Positions 26,574-39,778 of a DNA stretch of 64,000 nucleotides are shown here, piece after piece. The notes beneath the pieces were generated by a model that worked only from the letters and a program-made list of their open reading frames with translations, did no database searches and was not told where the DNA came from. How positions within the stretch are numbered: position 1 is the stretch's first letter; each line of letters opens with the position of its first letter. The DNA is taken from contig JALMLS010000585.1 in NCBI GenBank assembly GCA_038496445.1, positions 248,001 through 312,000 on the forward strand. Direction: 5' to 3'. Origin of the DNA: Trichosphaerium sp. ATCC 40318. Its lineage: Eukaryota > Protista > Tubulinea. A program made the translations under genes and the position numbers.

Positions 26574-26834
26574 ATGTATTTTTAGATTAAACAATTTTAA
26601 CACCCTTGAAAGCGTTGACTACAATAACAGTGTTATGCTACGACAACGAAACCATTGATACAAGGTGGAAGACCAATAAGTATCTTTCTTAGCCTACCAT
26701 TTCAGCTACAATACCAAGTTGTTGTGGTCACTTAAATGTCCTCTACCGATCTTAACTACTTTGCATATCAACCTTTCTATAATACAAGATTACTTGAAAC
26801 TACACGTTTCAAAATTATCATTTATTTATGTACA

Positions 26835-28445
26835 TTAAAAGTACTTTGAATTCGTATCACGATAGAGGCTTGGTCCAAATCTACCTGGAGTGACTGGAGC
26901 TGAGGGTTTCTCTGGTGGCAAACGAGGAGCGGTTCCCGTACATTTTTCTATAGCATCAAAGTTAACTCCTTTGAAGAAAGCACGTTTTTTGATTTCGTTA
27001 TAACTTTGTAATCTCATGTCAACATTTCGTTCTAAAAGCTCATCAAGTAATGCAACAAGCTCCCATGGCATAGATCCATTATCAAATTTAGGTATACGAA
27101 AATTAACAACCATTTCAAAACTCTCTCTAGGATTACGACTATAGAATAGACGTTGTGTTGTAAAGAGCTCAAAAAGAACAACACCTAAACACCAATAATC
27201 TGCCACTTTGAAACTTTTGACTTTCCTCGTCAATATCTCAGGTGCTATTATCACGTGTTAAAATGATGAAGTTTTATTACTACTCGAGATAAATTTAACA
27301 TACCTAGATATTCTATTTTACGCTTGGAATAACCCAAGGAGTCCCTAAATAGAGAATAAATTTTATTTCTTTGCAAAAATTTTATAACCTTCATCATGCT
27401 CAACATACCTTGGTACTGCATTCCATTTGGCAAGCATAACATGTCCATTCTGTTGTATTTTAACACACGAAGGGTTAAAGTAACCACTATAAGAAACACC
27501 ATGATCATGAAGATGCTTCAATCCTTATCAACAAAAAATTAGTTCATGAAACAAACATATTTCTTCTTTCTCCTCTTTATCGTACCCACTAATATCTCAG
27601 CAGCATAGAACTTAAACGCTGAAAACCCCATTTTCCTCTTCCATATGAAGCTCGACAAGTCATAATTTGGTTCATCGAGAATAAGATAAACGCAATTTTC
27701 AGCGGAATCTTTGAAGAAAGTTTGGACCGTCTGTACCAACGGAAACCGTGGTATAATCAATACTTGTGGTGTGCCCCATCTCCTGATAACCAGTTAATAC
27801 TGTTTACAGTACAAGCAGTCTTCTGATGGGCTGTATTGGCCAAGCGAACATTTTTCCAATACGTACTTGTGTGGTCGTAGAGAGTATTTAGCAAGGTGAT
27901 ACACTTTACTTCCGCGTCGTCCATAGAAATAGGCCACCTGTTGCGCGATTTTAGTCTTTTGTTAATTGTTTTGTGCGAAACCGCTAATAATAAGCTTACC
28001 TTGCCGTCATCACAGGCTTGAGTCGCAGCACGCAACTGTAAACGAGTTAACAAATAACAAAATAATGGCTTACTTTGTATCGATTACTCTGTCCTGGTAC
28101 TTCTCGTTGCTCAGAGATGCGCTTGGAGCCTCGAAATATTGTAAAATCTTCAATTACCCAATTTCGTCTATTACGATCTAGTGACGTCAGTTAACCATTT
28201 ACTAACGCTACCGAACCTGTGTACATCAATTTCCAGTCGTTTTGGTATGGTTTTGCTAATTTAGCCAATGCTTGTTTATCAGGGCAATATACGCGTTGTA
28301 TAGCCTTTTTCCATACATATCCATCACTTAGAGCAAATTTCCAAGCGGTACACGCTGCAGTGCAGTCCAGAAGCGATTCTGCATTTAAATACGTAAATAT
28401 ATGTCCTAGAACTTCGTTTGGTAGAGTTTCAATGCCAGTAGTCAT
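26835..28445 (-). CDS. F-box + AGC-type pseudokinase
   Basis: F-box LPNEVLGHIFTYL. AGC landmarks EDF, FYAAEILVGLKHLH, EYLAPEIL, DYWCLGVVLFEL and FFKGVNFD are present. HRD, DFG and the Gly loop are absent. Confidence 0.85.
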
Positions 28446-28677
28446 TGAACCTTATGTGAAATTCAACGCAAAAAAGTACGAGAAAAAAACAGGAAGACAA
28501 ACATGAACGACTACGATTTCACAGCTTGTTCTCAATTAATACCATATGCTGACGTTGTTTTCGAATATTATAGCCAACTATGAGAAACTGAAAACAACAC
28601 CACGTATGCTGTTTAAGCGACATTTCTCCGTGCTTAATTTTAAGTGAACTGATTTTTTTGTCACAAAAAGCAAGAAA

Positions 28678-29524
28678 ATGGCGGAAGGAGCTCAAACGTT
28701 TAATGACAATAGGTGGGGCGGCGGTGGAGTACTCATTTTTGCTGTAGATGATAAAGGAAAATATTGGTTTTTACTAGGTTTTAAAACAGTTTTATGGCAC
28801 CAAAACTAACTACTGATAGGCGAAGAGATCCGAGGGGAATGCTTTGACGATTTTGGTGGGAGTAGAGACAAAGGTTCGTGTAAATTTGTTTCAGGAGCTC
28901 ACATACGCTAGGAGAGAATCATCCTTCCATTACAGCGGCCAGAGAATTTTATGGTAAATTGTAACTGAAAAATACAATGTGACGTCATTTTAGAGGAGTC
29001 AGCAGCTTCCATAATGTCACTAGAAGAGATGACTAGCATTATAGCAACTAAACAATACTCACGAGTTGCGTTCCATAAAGTACTACCGAATTCGTTTGCT
29101 ATGCAATGCTAACGCGTAGTAAAAGGGATTCCAGCAGTATTGGGTTGAAATTGACTTCGATGAGAAGATGCCCAAAAAATTTTTAAAAGCTAGGGGAGCG
29201 GCAACCGATAGGCACTTTCAAGAAAAAACGCGTGTGCTATGGGTACAATAAAAGAAAAAATGTTAACTTAATCAAGTCAAACTCTACAATTTAGGTTTCT
29301 GCCAGTGATCTCATACAAAGGATAAAGGACTTTAAAGGAAGGACGTTCCCCAAAAAAGCAAATGTTACGCTTGAGACAATGGACGGGAAGGACACAACAA
29401 TCTCGGTTAGGCGACATTTGATGTATATGCTTCAACAAGCAATAAGTGATGGTACGACTTCCTCCTAGCTCTTGTGTTTGTTAACCTTATTCCAGGTTTT
29501 GACGGTTTCGCTAAAGAGCGGTGA
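28678..29524 (+). CDS. Nudix hydrolase, multi-exon
   Basis: Spliced Nudix box FGGSRDKGENHPSITAAREFYEES. The last exon is uncertain (alternative stop at 29468). Confidence 0.8.
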
Positions 29525-29739
29525 GGGATTGGTCTGCTGGATAGAGTCTTTGTCAATCCTGTATGTCTCAAGCCAAACTCCTTGACGCTCAGTAAACACC
29601 GCGTAATGCCACATAGTAGTTTAGAAGTTAGAACTGCCATGATCAAGTTTCGCTGGCATGAGTGTTTTTTTTCGTGTATTTCAACAAAAAGTCTACTGTA
29701 CTCTTTTATCTTTGTCTAATTCTTATTAAACACACAACC

Positions 29740-30638
29740 ATGGCGTGAGTTGTTTATAAATTACTTTGTTTGGTTTACTTACTGAGGCTGTAGCGCGCCT
29801 GCAAAGACATACAAGCCAAGAACCGCTTTGGGCGAGATAACTGATAAAAACTTGAAGCAAATGCGTGTATTGAATGCTTCTGTGTTTCCAGTACATTACC
29901 ACGATAAATTTTACTCTGACTTGCTCAACACACCAGAATTATCGCGAATGGGTACGTACGACACTACAAAAGTACCGGCGGGAAAAAATTAGCGATTTTT
30001 TTTTCGTATTTGTCAAATGGCGCTTAATTACCATAAACTACACGCAATACGCTTTGCTAGATCATTACTAGACCATATTGTTGACATTCGTTTAGCTTTC
30101 TACAATGACATGTTCGTTGGCGCTGTCTGTTGCCGATATGAGTATTTCGACAAAGAACAAGCGAAACTAAACAAAGAGAAACAAAGCAAATCAAAACGTA
30201 AAAATAATGGACCAAAAGGACCTCTACGCGTATACATCATGACCCTTGGCGTCTTGGGCCCATACCGCCGCCTTGGCCTAGGTAAAGAAAACTTTTTTTT
30301 GTCGGACAAGAAAAACGCTCAGCAACAAAGTAGTATCCTTATTTAACTCTACTATAGGTAGAAAAATGCTTGCATACGTTTTAGAGTTCGTACAGAAGAA
30401 AAAGGCTGAACTGAATATTGTTGACATTTACTTGCACGTCCAAATATCTAACGAAGCAGCGATCGCATTCTACAAAAAGTTTGGCTTCGAGATTGTAGGC
30501 GAAAAGAAGGAATACTACCATGATATTGATCCTCAAACAGCCTACATCTTATCTAAGAAAGTAGCTAAAACAATGCCAAAACTTGCATCTGAAACAAAAG
30601 CGGAGGAAGAAGAAACAAAACCAGAACTAACAGGTTAG
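29740..30638 (+). CDS. NAA50: N-terminal acetyltransferase NatE catalytic subunit (Naa50)
   Basis: LNASVFPVHYHDKFY, VGAVCCR, YIMTLGVLGPYRRLGLG, IYLHVQISNEAAIAFYKKFGFEI and YYHDIDP match the Naa50 family. Confidence 0.92.
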
Positions 30639-31490
30639 ATGGTAAAATAGTACATTCTCGTGGTTTTTGACAGGCAATGTCTCACTGTTTTTTTTTGGTT
30701 TTTTTTTTTTTGAGTTTTCTGGCCTTTACTTTGTTCTTTTCTTTTTTTTTGGTATATATATACTGACAATATACGATTAGCGCAAAAGTTGCAAGATATT
30801 GACTAGCCTGTAAATTACCGTCTAATAAATTTGGTTTGCACGTCATTTTTTGACTTTAAATATTTCTAGTTATCATTTTGTCTGTGTGCAAAGTAAATGA
30901 GTGTTGCAGTTTTGGTTGTGTATTAGTTCTTTTGATTTGAGTCGTACTCCAATGTCAAACATTTGGAAAAATAATTGCAAAAAAGGCGTCTAGGAAGGTA
31001 TACAAACCAGCATGTCATCAAAATCGTTAACATTTCGTTGTGACTTTTTTACAGCATTTGTTTATTTCGGTCTAACTTCACGTTTTCTATACGATGGTTA
31101 CTTGTTCATTTTTATTGGCGAGACCACTGAAGGGCGACTACCTTCTTCATACCTTATCAAAGCTGAAAAACTGTTTAAGAACTGAACTACGAGCCACAAA
31201 CTTGTGAGCTGGCACTACCAAGTATGGATTTGTACAAGCAACTGTACAGGTTGTCAACGCATTAATACCAAAGTTCATGCACAGAAAATATGACCACTGT
31301 TAAAGGACAAGCAAGTTTATTAACATGGAGTATCACAGTATGCAGTGATGTTGCAGCTTTATGACATACAACAATCCCAATGACCTGCAAAGCCAAACTT
31401 GTGGCGGGCAAGCAGTTTAATGTCCTAAAATATTGTTCTGTGTATCTTCTGAGCAGCAAGACTCCTTACCGTAGAAGACCTATTGGAGTG

Positions 31491-31934
31491 TTACTCACTA
31501 TAATTGTAACAACATATTGAAGAAGCTGTACGTACTTTTACTTGCAGATTAGATATCTGTATTGCAGATCGGAAACTACCGTTACACTGTAGTGGAACAG
31601 CCGCGGTTGTTACATTGTTATGCCAAGACCCAGAGACGACTTTATTGCTTAGCTTGATTGGTATCACCGCGAGGTCGTTGAAATCAGGTTTACATAGACG
31701 CCATATTTGGTTTTGTACATTATCTATATCTACACAACCGCTTCTAGAAGCCATCCCTTGAAATGTGCAATCTTCATTGTGTTTAAGAAGTTTCAGAAAG
31801 CCAAAGTCACCTGGTTCATCTGATACACTCCAACACATCCTTGGGACGCTACAAGTCCACTTTTGGGAGTTACAAACAATTGCCATTGCTACAACTAGTA
31901 GAAGTAATATTGTTGGTTTGTATGATAGTTGCAT
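31491..31934 (-). CDS. Secreted Cys-rich protein, ~147 aa, intronless
   Basis: Signal peptide MQLSYKPTILLLLVVAMAIVCNS and multiple Cys; no recognised family. Confidence 0.6.
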   Translation of the reverse strand: MQLSYKPTILLLLVVAMAIVCNSQKWTCSVPRMCWSVSDEPGDFGFLKLLKHNEDCTFQGMASRSGCVDIDNVQNQIWRLCKPDFNDLAVIPIKLSNKVVSGSWHNNVTTAAVPLQCNGSFRSAIQISNLQVKVRTASSICCYNYSE

Positions 31935-32664
31935 TGATTGAGAGAAGGTTTGGATAATGTTGGGTCGAAAGTAAAATGCAAAGAAAGTAAAGCTTTCAGT
32001 TTTGAGAAATTTCCCCAATTTACGAGAAACGTGCAACACAAATGTTGTACGATAAACCGTTTTCTTTGTAAAAAGCGTTATAAATGACAGGAAACTCGCA
32101 CAATTTTACAGCTTTTTTGCCACAAAGCGGAAATGTTTAAGTGGATGCCGACATTGGCAACTTTATCTTTGTAGAAGTACCAGAATTTTCCTGAAGTTCT
32201 GCCGTCATTCCGGAAACATGTGCTTCTCCACGCAACTTGTGTTAAACACCTCAAGCAATATGCCTAAAAGTTCGTGTCATAAAGCTGTCAACATACCATC
32301 CGCATGACAAAGGCTCAAGTGGCAAAGTGAGTACTATCAACAGATCAAGCCGTGGGCTAGCGGTTTAATTCCCACCCAGATCACAGCTTCTCTGAGTCAA
32401 AACGAATCCTGACAAACAGGAATTAGTTTTAAGTATTGATGTAAATACAAAAGAAACTAATACCTACTATCTCGACTCGTACAATGTTCTTATTTCAGAT
32501 TTAACAAATACAGAAAATTGTCTTTATTTCCTATCACCTGACATTACAGTTACGTGGTTGAGTAAATAATTACGCTAGTACTCTTCTATTATATACAAAA
32601 TACAGTTTCGCTACTTGGTCATCACGTGTGGTACATGTGACTCTACATAGTGCAAGACTAACAA

Positions 32665-33456
32665 TCAACTATCTAAGACTTTTTTACCATGACTAAAATT
32701 ATACGCTATATAAACATCTCCGTCAAAGTCTTCAAAGCCTTTACCATGAAGTTTACCATTATCATAGTTATAATGACACGTGTGCTTACCAGTATGTTCG
32801 CACCAAGAGTCCATAGAACCATGTAGTACGCCATTACTATAAGTAACAAGTTCGATTACATCTCCTTTATAATTATACTCTTTTTCTTCTCCATGCTTCT
32901 TGCCAAGCTCATAATTGGTTGTTTTAGCCACAAAGCCTTTGATATTCCACCTCGTTTGTTTACCGTGAAGCTTACCGCCGAAAATAGTAGACGACTCTTG
33001 AAGCTGCTTATTAGGGTACCATTGTCGATGAGCGCCTTGTTCTTCGCCATATTTAAACACTTGCATCTCTTTTAGGGAAGGTTCAGAGCCTTCAACGGAT
33101 TTCCACTTGTACCAAGTGCCATGCTTCTGTAAGTCTTCGTTAAACCTCGAAACCTCGCAACACGCCGTATCGAGGCATAATAGAGGCCATTTTAAGTATA
33201 CATCACGGTTTTTGAGTAATTTACGCTGTACTAGTATTGGTAGTGCCGCTAGACTAAATTGTATTTAGCGAAACAGTTTTCAGAGAGTATTAAACGGTTT
33301 TGTGTTTTTTCAGTTCTATTGATAGTTCTCATTGCTCTATGGCATTTCTACGCGTAACAGACGCGATTGTAGTTCCTTGTAGATGTATTCGTTCACGTAC
33401 GCGTTGCCAAAGTCTAAAGGGTCTTGTTGATCGTTATTAATTGTATTTTGGGCCAT
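32665..33456 (-). CDS. F-box-like N-terminus + MORN-variant (YwqK-like) repeat protein, 2 exons
   Basis: Exon 1 MAQNT..FGNA, then a GTACGT..TAG intron, then LAALPILVQRKLL..RFNEDLQKHGTW and repeats G(K/V)LHG....W/Y. Confidence 0.75.
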
Positions 33457-33825
33457 ATCTTGCTATTGATTTGGTTGTTGAGTTGGCCAGTTATAAATAA
33501 TGGTGAGGGTTATGTCAACTTGTCATTAAAATATTTCAATGAAAAGCACAGGGTAATTCCGCTTAAACTCCTGGAAAGTTACCGAAGCCAAATGTAAAAT
33601 GCGCAGCTAGAAATATGTCTGTGTTGAAGATGGGGATCAGAAGAAGCGAAAATAAATAGAGCATTTTAAATGGTTGAACTGTTATTCAGGTATACTTTCA
33701 GTTTATAGCACTTGGTTTTTTTTCGTATGGTAGTGTCTTGAGAGCAGGCTCTACCCAAAATGAAACGTGTATGTTCTGGTGCTGTTTCTTAATAACTTGT
33801 TTTCAGATTCCCGGTGTGGAAATCA

Positions 33826-36800
33826 ACTGAGGCTTTGATGTCGAATAAGACTAATAGCAGCAAAAAGCACATGATGTTTTAATGCGGCACACAAAGGCTA
33901 ACTTCATAATGAAAGCAAGGTTTAACTTAGAAGGTGTTATGAAGTCAACAAACAAGCAGCCAATAGGTACAAGAAAAGTGTAGAAAAGCATATGATTTGC
34001 TAGATTCATGATTTTACTTTATGCTTTGCTTTTGTATTTCTAAAAGTAATCAAATCTAACCTTCCACCCACATGCGTATGCTGTAATTATTATCCTGTAA
34101 CAACAATCAAAACAACATGAGTATATAGTAATAACATTAGTGAAGGTCTGCTTAGCATACATTATTAGATTTGGCATCACCAGTGCTACAACCAATACTG
34201 GTAAAAATCTTGTATTATCTTTCACACCTTCTAAACTCCAATGAACCTGTACTATGTTGAGTGGATTGTTGCCTAAATTGGAGTAATTGTGTAGTATCGA
34301 AGCTTGTGTTATGGCTGGAAGTGCGTCTTTGTATGAAACTCGAACACCTTGTGTAAGATTTACTATTAAAAGCTGTGAAAGGTTTGGTTTACCAATGCTT
34401 GCATTTTGGTTCCATTTTTCAGTACAGTCATCCTCTGGACATTTAATGTTTACTAAAGATTACTCTACTTAGCAATACAATAGAGGCGAAGCACTACATG
34501 TATAGATTTTTACACGTGCCTGTATTACAAACAGCATAGAACGCAACATCATAAAGAAAAGTACCATTGGGCTATTCATGAATAAATATCAAGATAACCT
34601 TACCCAAAAAACATACATGTAAGAACCCTTCTGAGATGATAGGAGCAACACAATAGTGATTATTGGTTGGATTCCAAGCTGAGAAGTTTGTATCTACAAA
34701 TGTCTTCTCAGTGAACAAGAATACATTACCATGACCGTCGTATAGCTAAAGACATTGTAGTTAAAAAAATAAATCACGACCTCATACCTTTTCTGCAGAA
34801 ACATTAAAAACTGGCTCTGGTATAAAGTCCTACAGGCTTATTTAATGTTGTTTTAAGCAACCTAGGCACATACATAGTACTCGTTGTATAATGCTATGCC
34901 CACTCCAGCATATATTAATAATCCTCCGAAGAAGAAACCCCAGCCAAAATATTCACGTTTGGGATACCTAAGCATGAATAAAACTATATAGTACATACAC
35001 AAACAGAGTCTGTAAAGGAGAAGGTGGACATGGAAGGAAAAGAGAATACATAAAATGGTAGCAGACTTATCACGTGATTTACATTGACAAGACTGTCACA
35101 ATTAGCAACAACTTTTTTGATTAACTTCTTAGTTTTGAACTTACATTTGCCAGTGAAGAGTTAGATACAGTATAAATAACATTCCTGCACAAACTGCTCC
35201 AATGAAGAAGGCCTTGGGTGGTATAAAGATTTTGCTTAGGATAAAGCTAGCGTTTGATAGAATAAGCATCAGCGTGCACTAATTTGTTAATTGTAACGAA
35301 CTGAATAACAATAATGAGCTAACCAGTAAGTGCATCCATGTGTAAGAGTTATCTCCAATCCAAAAAGAAACGAATTTGTATCCGCACATTCGATTCTCGC
35401 CAAAGGAGCAACGAACAGTATTGGTATACCAATATCACGTGGGTCAACACCATTAAACAATTCACTTTCGTCAGGTTTACCCTCTTGGTCTATAGACTCT
35501 ACAAGCTTCAGCGGAAGGTACTTATATGTCTGACTTGAGAGATTATGTTCAAAAGGTACACGTGAAAGTAAAGTAAAAAACATATTACACTAACATTTAA
35601 ATACTACAAAGTTGTTTTTTGATGTTTACGACTGTTTCATTCACCAGATGACTCATAAACTTTTCTTTCACCCTTAATTGAAACCCATGGATCAACAGCA
35701 CATTCGCTTTTATCATCATATCTGTTGTATTTGAATGAGGTACCAAATATATCCTCATCTTCAATGACGTAATCATATTCACTTCCTTCAACAATATTTG
35801 GACTGTTCCAACCTTTTCCGACAATATTCGGTTGTCTCATAACAGACTGGCCTAATATTCCTGCAACAACAAGTTAAAACAATCATAAACATTTAATGTG
35901 CAAAAGAAGAAAAATATATGAGGTGCATACCGTGAGGAATATCAAAGGTTTCTGAATAGGTAAAATGAGTGCATCTAATATTCAGATGACATGAAGAATG
36001 AGAAGATTGCGAGAATCGAATATCGATATCATAACCACTCATGATATTAATAGATACTTTACTGTTTGATAGCTTGGAACTAAATGATAAAAACAGTTAG
36101 TAAAATAGAAAGAAGAAGAAAAAAATATCGAACCGTTTTATTGTTGCGCCTTGGAATTCCTTTTGTTCTCCTGGTTTTAGTTCTTTGTTGTTAACTTGTA
36201 CCACGTGTTCTTGGTTTATTCTATCACACTTAAAGTAGAACAAATTATCTCCCTTAGGGTCACATATACGCATGCCAATGGCGCCAAGATAAGTCTTCTT
36301 TTTTTGAGGGTTTAGGTCAGCATCATAGAACAATGAGTTCATTTGAAAAGACTTTGACGTAATGATACTATAATCTCACGTGTCAGATTTTAAATTAAGT
36401 TAATAACATTTCTAGTACTTGTATATTGTGTTTCTAACACCATGAAAGTCGTAACGCTGTCCCAGAAAGCCTCGGAAATGAGGATCTTAAAAAGTAGTTA
36501 AAAATAGAATAGAAGGTTTCTGTTTTGTTTTAGTCTTACCTCCACTTACTGAAGACGGAGGAGGTGGCGGTTGCACTTGAAATGCCGAAGCCGTTGGTGC
36601 TTGACAAAATTGCTGTGTTCCTGCACTAATAAAAAAATGAGAAAGAGGACATTCAAAGACAAGTATTGTACTTGTTTCCGTTGGCAGTAGAACGAAATTG
36701 CGTCATTCTGTTTTGATTTGTTATTATAAAATTCAAGTCTCCACTATCTCCTTGCATATCAAGATCAACGTTAAAAGAGCAAGTAATATTCTCTCGCTCA

Positions 36801-37937
36801 TCCAATATTGCACTAGCTGAGAAGTCATTACCAGAAATGTCTTGCATCGTCTAGTAAGTTTTTTTAGAAGAAAGAAAAAAATTAGAAAAAAAACCGTACG
36901 TGTCCTCTACACTGGAGCGATCCACTGTCCATTGTACCAAACGAAGGGAATGAAAAATTAATTGATATATTTTGAACTGTTTCAGGTAAACTGTAATAGT
37001 TCAAACAAGTCACTTGGAAGCCGATTGTCGATCCTAAAAAAAAAAAAAGTTTGAGTACTCGAAATGTTAAGACTTTTTTGCCAATTACGTACCTGCTTGA
37101 AGCATGTCAGGGTCGTTTCCCATGAAGTCGATTGTGTGCCAACACGATACTGAAGATGCTGCACAGAAGTACCCAACAAGATTGTCAGCACTATCAGTAC
37201 TTGCGAAAGAAACATCAACTCCTTCCACAGAATCTAGTCCGGGCGTATTAGGCGGATACGGAAGGCAGAAATCTACACCAGGTGATTCAACTATCATATT
37301 TACGACTAAAGAAACATTGAGACTATTCCCAAGTGTGCTATTAGCTTCAACAGTAACCGTTACAGGTTGTAAATCACCCTCTACCCAGCGAACAAGAAAA
37401 CAATCTAGAAAAAAAATAAATTAAGAAAACTCCTTCCGGCACGTGAGCAAAAAAAAAAATCTTTTTTAGCGCACCTGTGTTAGATATATCCATAGGCGGC
37501 ATGATACCTTGTTGATTTAACCCAGCATACGCAAGTCTACAATAACCACTTATACCAGTGTCTGTATTAATGACAAGACCAGCAGTTACTATGAAACAGC
37601 GAAGCTGAAGCGTTCCTAAGACAACTGGTAAGTTTTTATCCCGATGATCAAAAGAAAAAGCTTGTGTCATTGTAACCGCGTTAATTAGTTAATAGTACGT
37701 CGATACTTATATCACGTGGGGTAAAAAGGTACCTGCAGGTTGCGGGTTAGTAACCACAGCTGAAAATTTTCGTTCTCCACCATAGATCCTTGGATCTGTC
37801 ATTGTGAGCATATCCATTCGGTCGCTTGTTGTAGCGGCGAGTGAAGCTGGTAATGTAAAGTTACTTATCATTATACCAAAGCCATAAGCATTGTAAACCA
37901 AGCAAGAAAGTGATAAAAGAAGCAACAAGGAGCGCAT
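33826..37937 (-). CDS. Large multi-exon cell-surface glycoprotein with signal peptide and C-terminal TM segment (3' end approximate)
   Basis: Signal peptide MRSLLLLLSLSCLVYNAYG. A chain of minus-strand exons with GT/GC-AG boundaries joins in frame where checked (34.0-34.75 kb). N-X-S/T sites present; TM FLPVLVVALVMPNLMIIITAYACG. Confidence 0.6.
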
Positions 37938-38560
37938 CTCAATTGTATCTCGACGGAATGTATTTTTTTTTGTGACCTTAAGGTCTTGAGTTTGAAATTT
38001 TTCGACGCCCTTTTGGGCTTACAAAGTTTTCCACTTGTACCTGGTGTTACATTACGCGTAGGTAAGTAGTATGAAGGCGAATGGGAGTTGTTTTGGCCTT
38101 TATAGTTAAGATTCACTCCAGTTTACCGGAGTTTACATAGCTGTATCTAAGGCGTACCGTCATATGTATAGAACCTTTGCAGGAAAGTATCGTTTGAGAA
38201 TAGAATCGTACGAAAGGTATTAATCATGAGAGATTGAAAAAACGTCACTACGTTGAGTCTTTGCAGGCTACTGCTAGTTTAAGGCCTGGCAGCCTGAAAT
38301 CAAGGAAGTTAAGACGTTTCGAACAGAGATGTATTTTTGTTCGAACTATACCCGATCACGTGATTAAACTAAGACCGTAATGGGTAAAAAAGGAATTGAG
38401 CAAGTTTTTCTTCAGCAACAAGTTTATTTACATTAAAGTGTAATCTTTCAAAGTTATCAAACATCGCGTCATTACAAGAAAAGGGGTTTACGGCCCGAAC
38501 CGACTGATCTGGAAACGGGCCTTATCTGTAAACTTACACTACTAAAGCAACACTTCTTCA

Positions 38561-39778
38561 ATGGCAACAAACTCTTCAGCCTTAGAACCTAGGCACAAAG
38601 GCACCTACAGTTACCTACAGAGCATTCCTCTTGAATTACTTCTATATATTATGGACAAACACCACGAAGCATACGTTAAGATGCCTATGTTATCAAGAAA
38701 AATAGCTCTAACAAGGTTCAATGATCGACTCGAGAAGCACGGCAAATGGGTGAAAAGAGAGCGTATTATGTTTGCATACCATCACCCAGAGGAACATATT
38801 GTACAAGTACATTACTGGATACATGGTGAACTAGCACAATTTATCAAGTTTCTTTGGGCACGTGTAGAATTTAACACCGAGTCCTCGTGCAGGGTACCAA
38901 CTGAGAAGCTACAGTGTGTAAATTTTGAACAACAAGAAAAAGTACATATCGCGTGGTACAGCACTAGTCCCATACGGAACCTAAGTTTGTCAGACGATAA
39001 TATACTGCAAGGAGAGTTTAGGAGGTGGTACAAGTGTCACTATGTGAAGGGTAAACGTGAAGGAGAATATACCGAATGGTATGAAAACAATCACTTGATG
39101 AAACAATATTTTTACATGAATGGTAAACGACATGGAAAGTGCCAGCAATGGTATGATAACAGTATATTGAAAGTAGACGCTACCTACAAAAGCGGGAACA
39201 AAGATGGAAAGTATAGGAGTTTCCATTCAAATGGTCAAGTTAAAGTGGAGTGCAACTATAAAAAAGGCAATCAACATGGGAAGTACAGAGCGTTTTATGA
39301 GTCAGGAAGTTTAAGGAGTGAACGAAAATATGTCAATGGCAAAATCAAAGGCGCTTATAGAACCTGGTACAGTAATGGTAAGATAAAACTAAAAGCCATC
39401 TATGTCAACGGTAAAAAAGATGGGCTGTTCCAGACATGGTACAGAAATGGAAAAATGCATAAGCAGTGCTATTACAGCAACAATGAACGTCATGGAGAGT
39501 ATAAAGAGTATTACGATAATTGTCAATTAAAACTTGAATGCCAGTATGTCAATGGTACACTCAAAGGAAGATACAAGGAGTGGTCCGTAGAAGGAAGATT
39601 GCGTACAAGTTTCAGGAGTGGAGAACGAGTTTTAAGTCCTACCCAGCACAGACTTGGAATAGTATTTAGGACACTCCGCAATTCTTTTGATGGCTCTTTT
39701 ATCAATATACCCCCATTGTCACAGCACCTCTATCCTACTAGCATTTTTAGAACAAATTCAAATGACTTGCACAAGTAA
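38561..39778 (+). CDS. F-box-like N-terminus + MORN-variant repeat protein, 405 aa, intronless
   Basis: YLQSIPLELLLYIM..RFNDRLEKHGKW, then ~8 repeats of 24 aa (Y.NGK..G.Y..WY.NG.LK). Confidence 0.85.
   Translation: MATNSSALEPRHKGTYSYLQSIPLELLLYIMDKHHEAYVKMPMLSRKIALTRFNDRLEKHGKWVKRERIMFAYHHPEEHIVQVHYWIHGELAQFIKFLWARVEFNTESSCRVPTEKLQCVNFEQQEKVHIAWYSTSPIRNLSLSDDNILQGEFRRWYKCHYVKGKREGEYTEWYENNHLMKQYFYMNGKRHGKCQQWYDNSILKVDATYKSGNKDGKYRSFHSNGQVKVECNYKKGNQHGKYRAFYESGSLRSERKYVNGKIKGAYRTWYSNGKIKLKAIYVNGKKDGLFQTWYRNGKMHKQCYYSNNERHGEYKEYYDNCQLKLECQYVNGTLKGRYKEWSVEGRLRTSFRSGERVLSPTQHRLGIVFRTLRNSFDGSFINIPPLSQHLYPTSIFRTNSNDLHK

Noticed and set aside
32665-39778. Endogenous giant-virus insertion
   Set aside because: No viral core genes. 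The MORN genes are separated by an intron-rich host gene and one has an intron.
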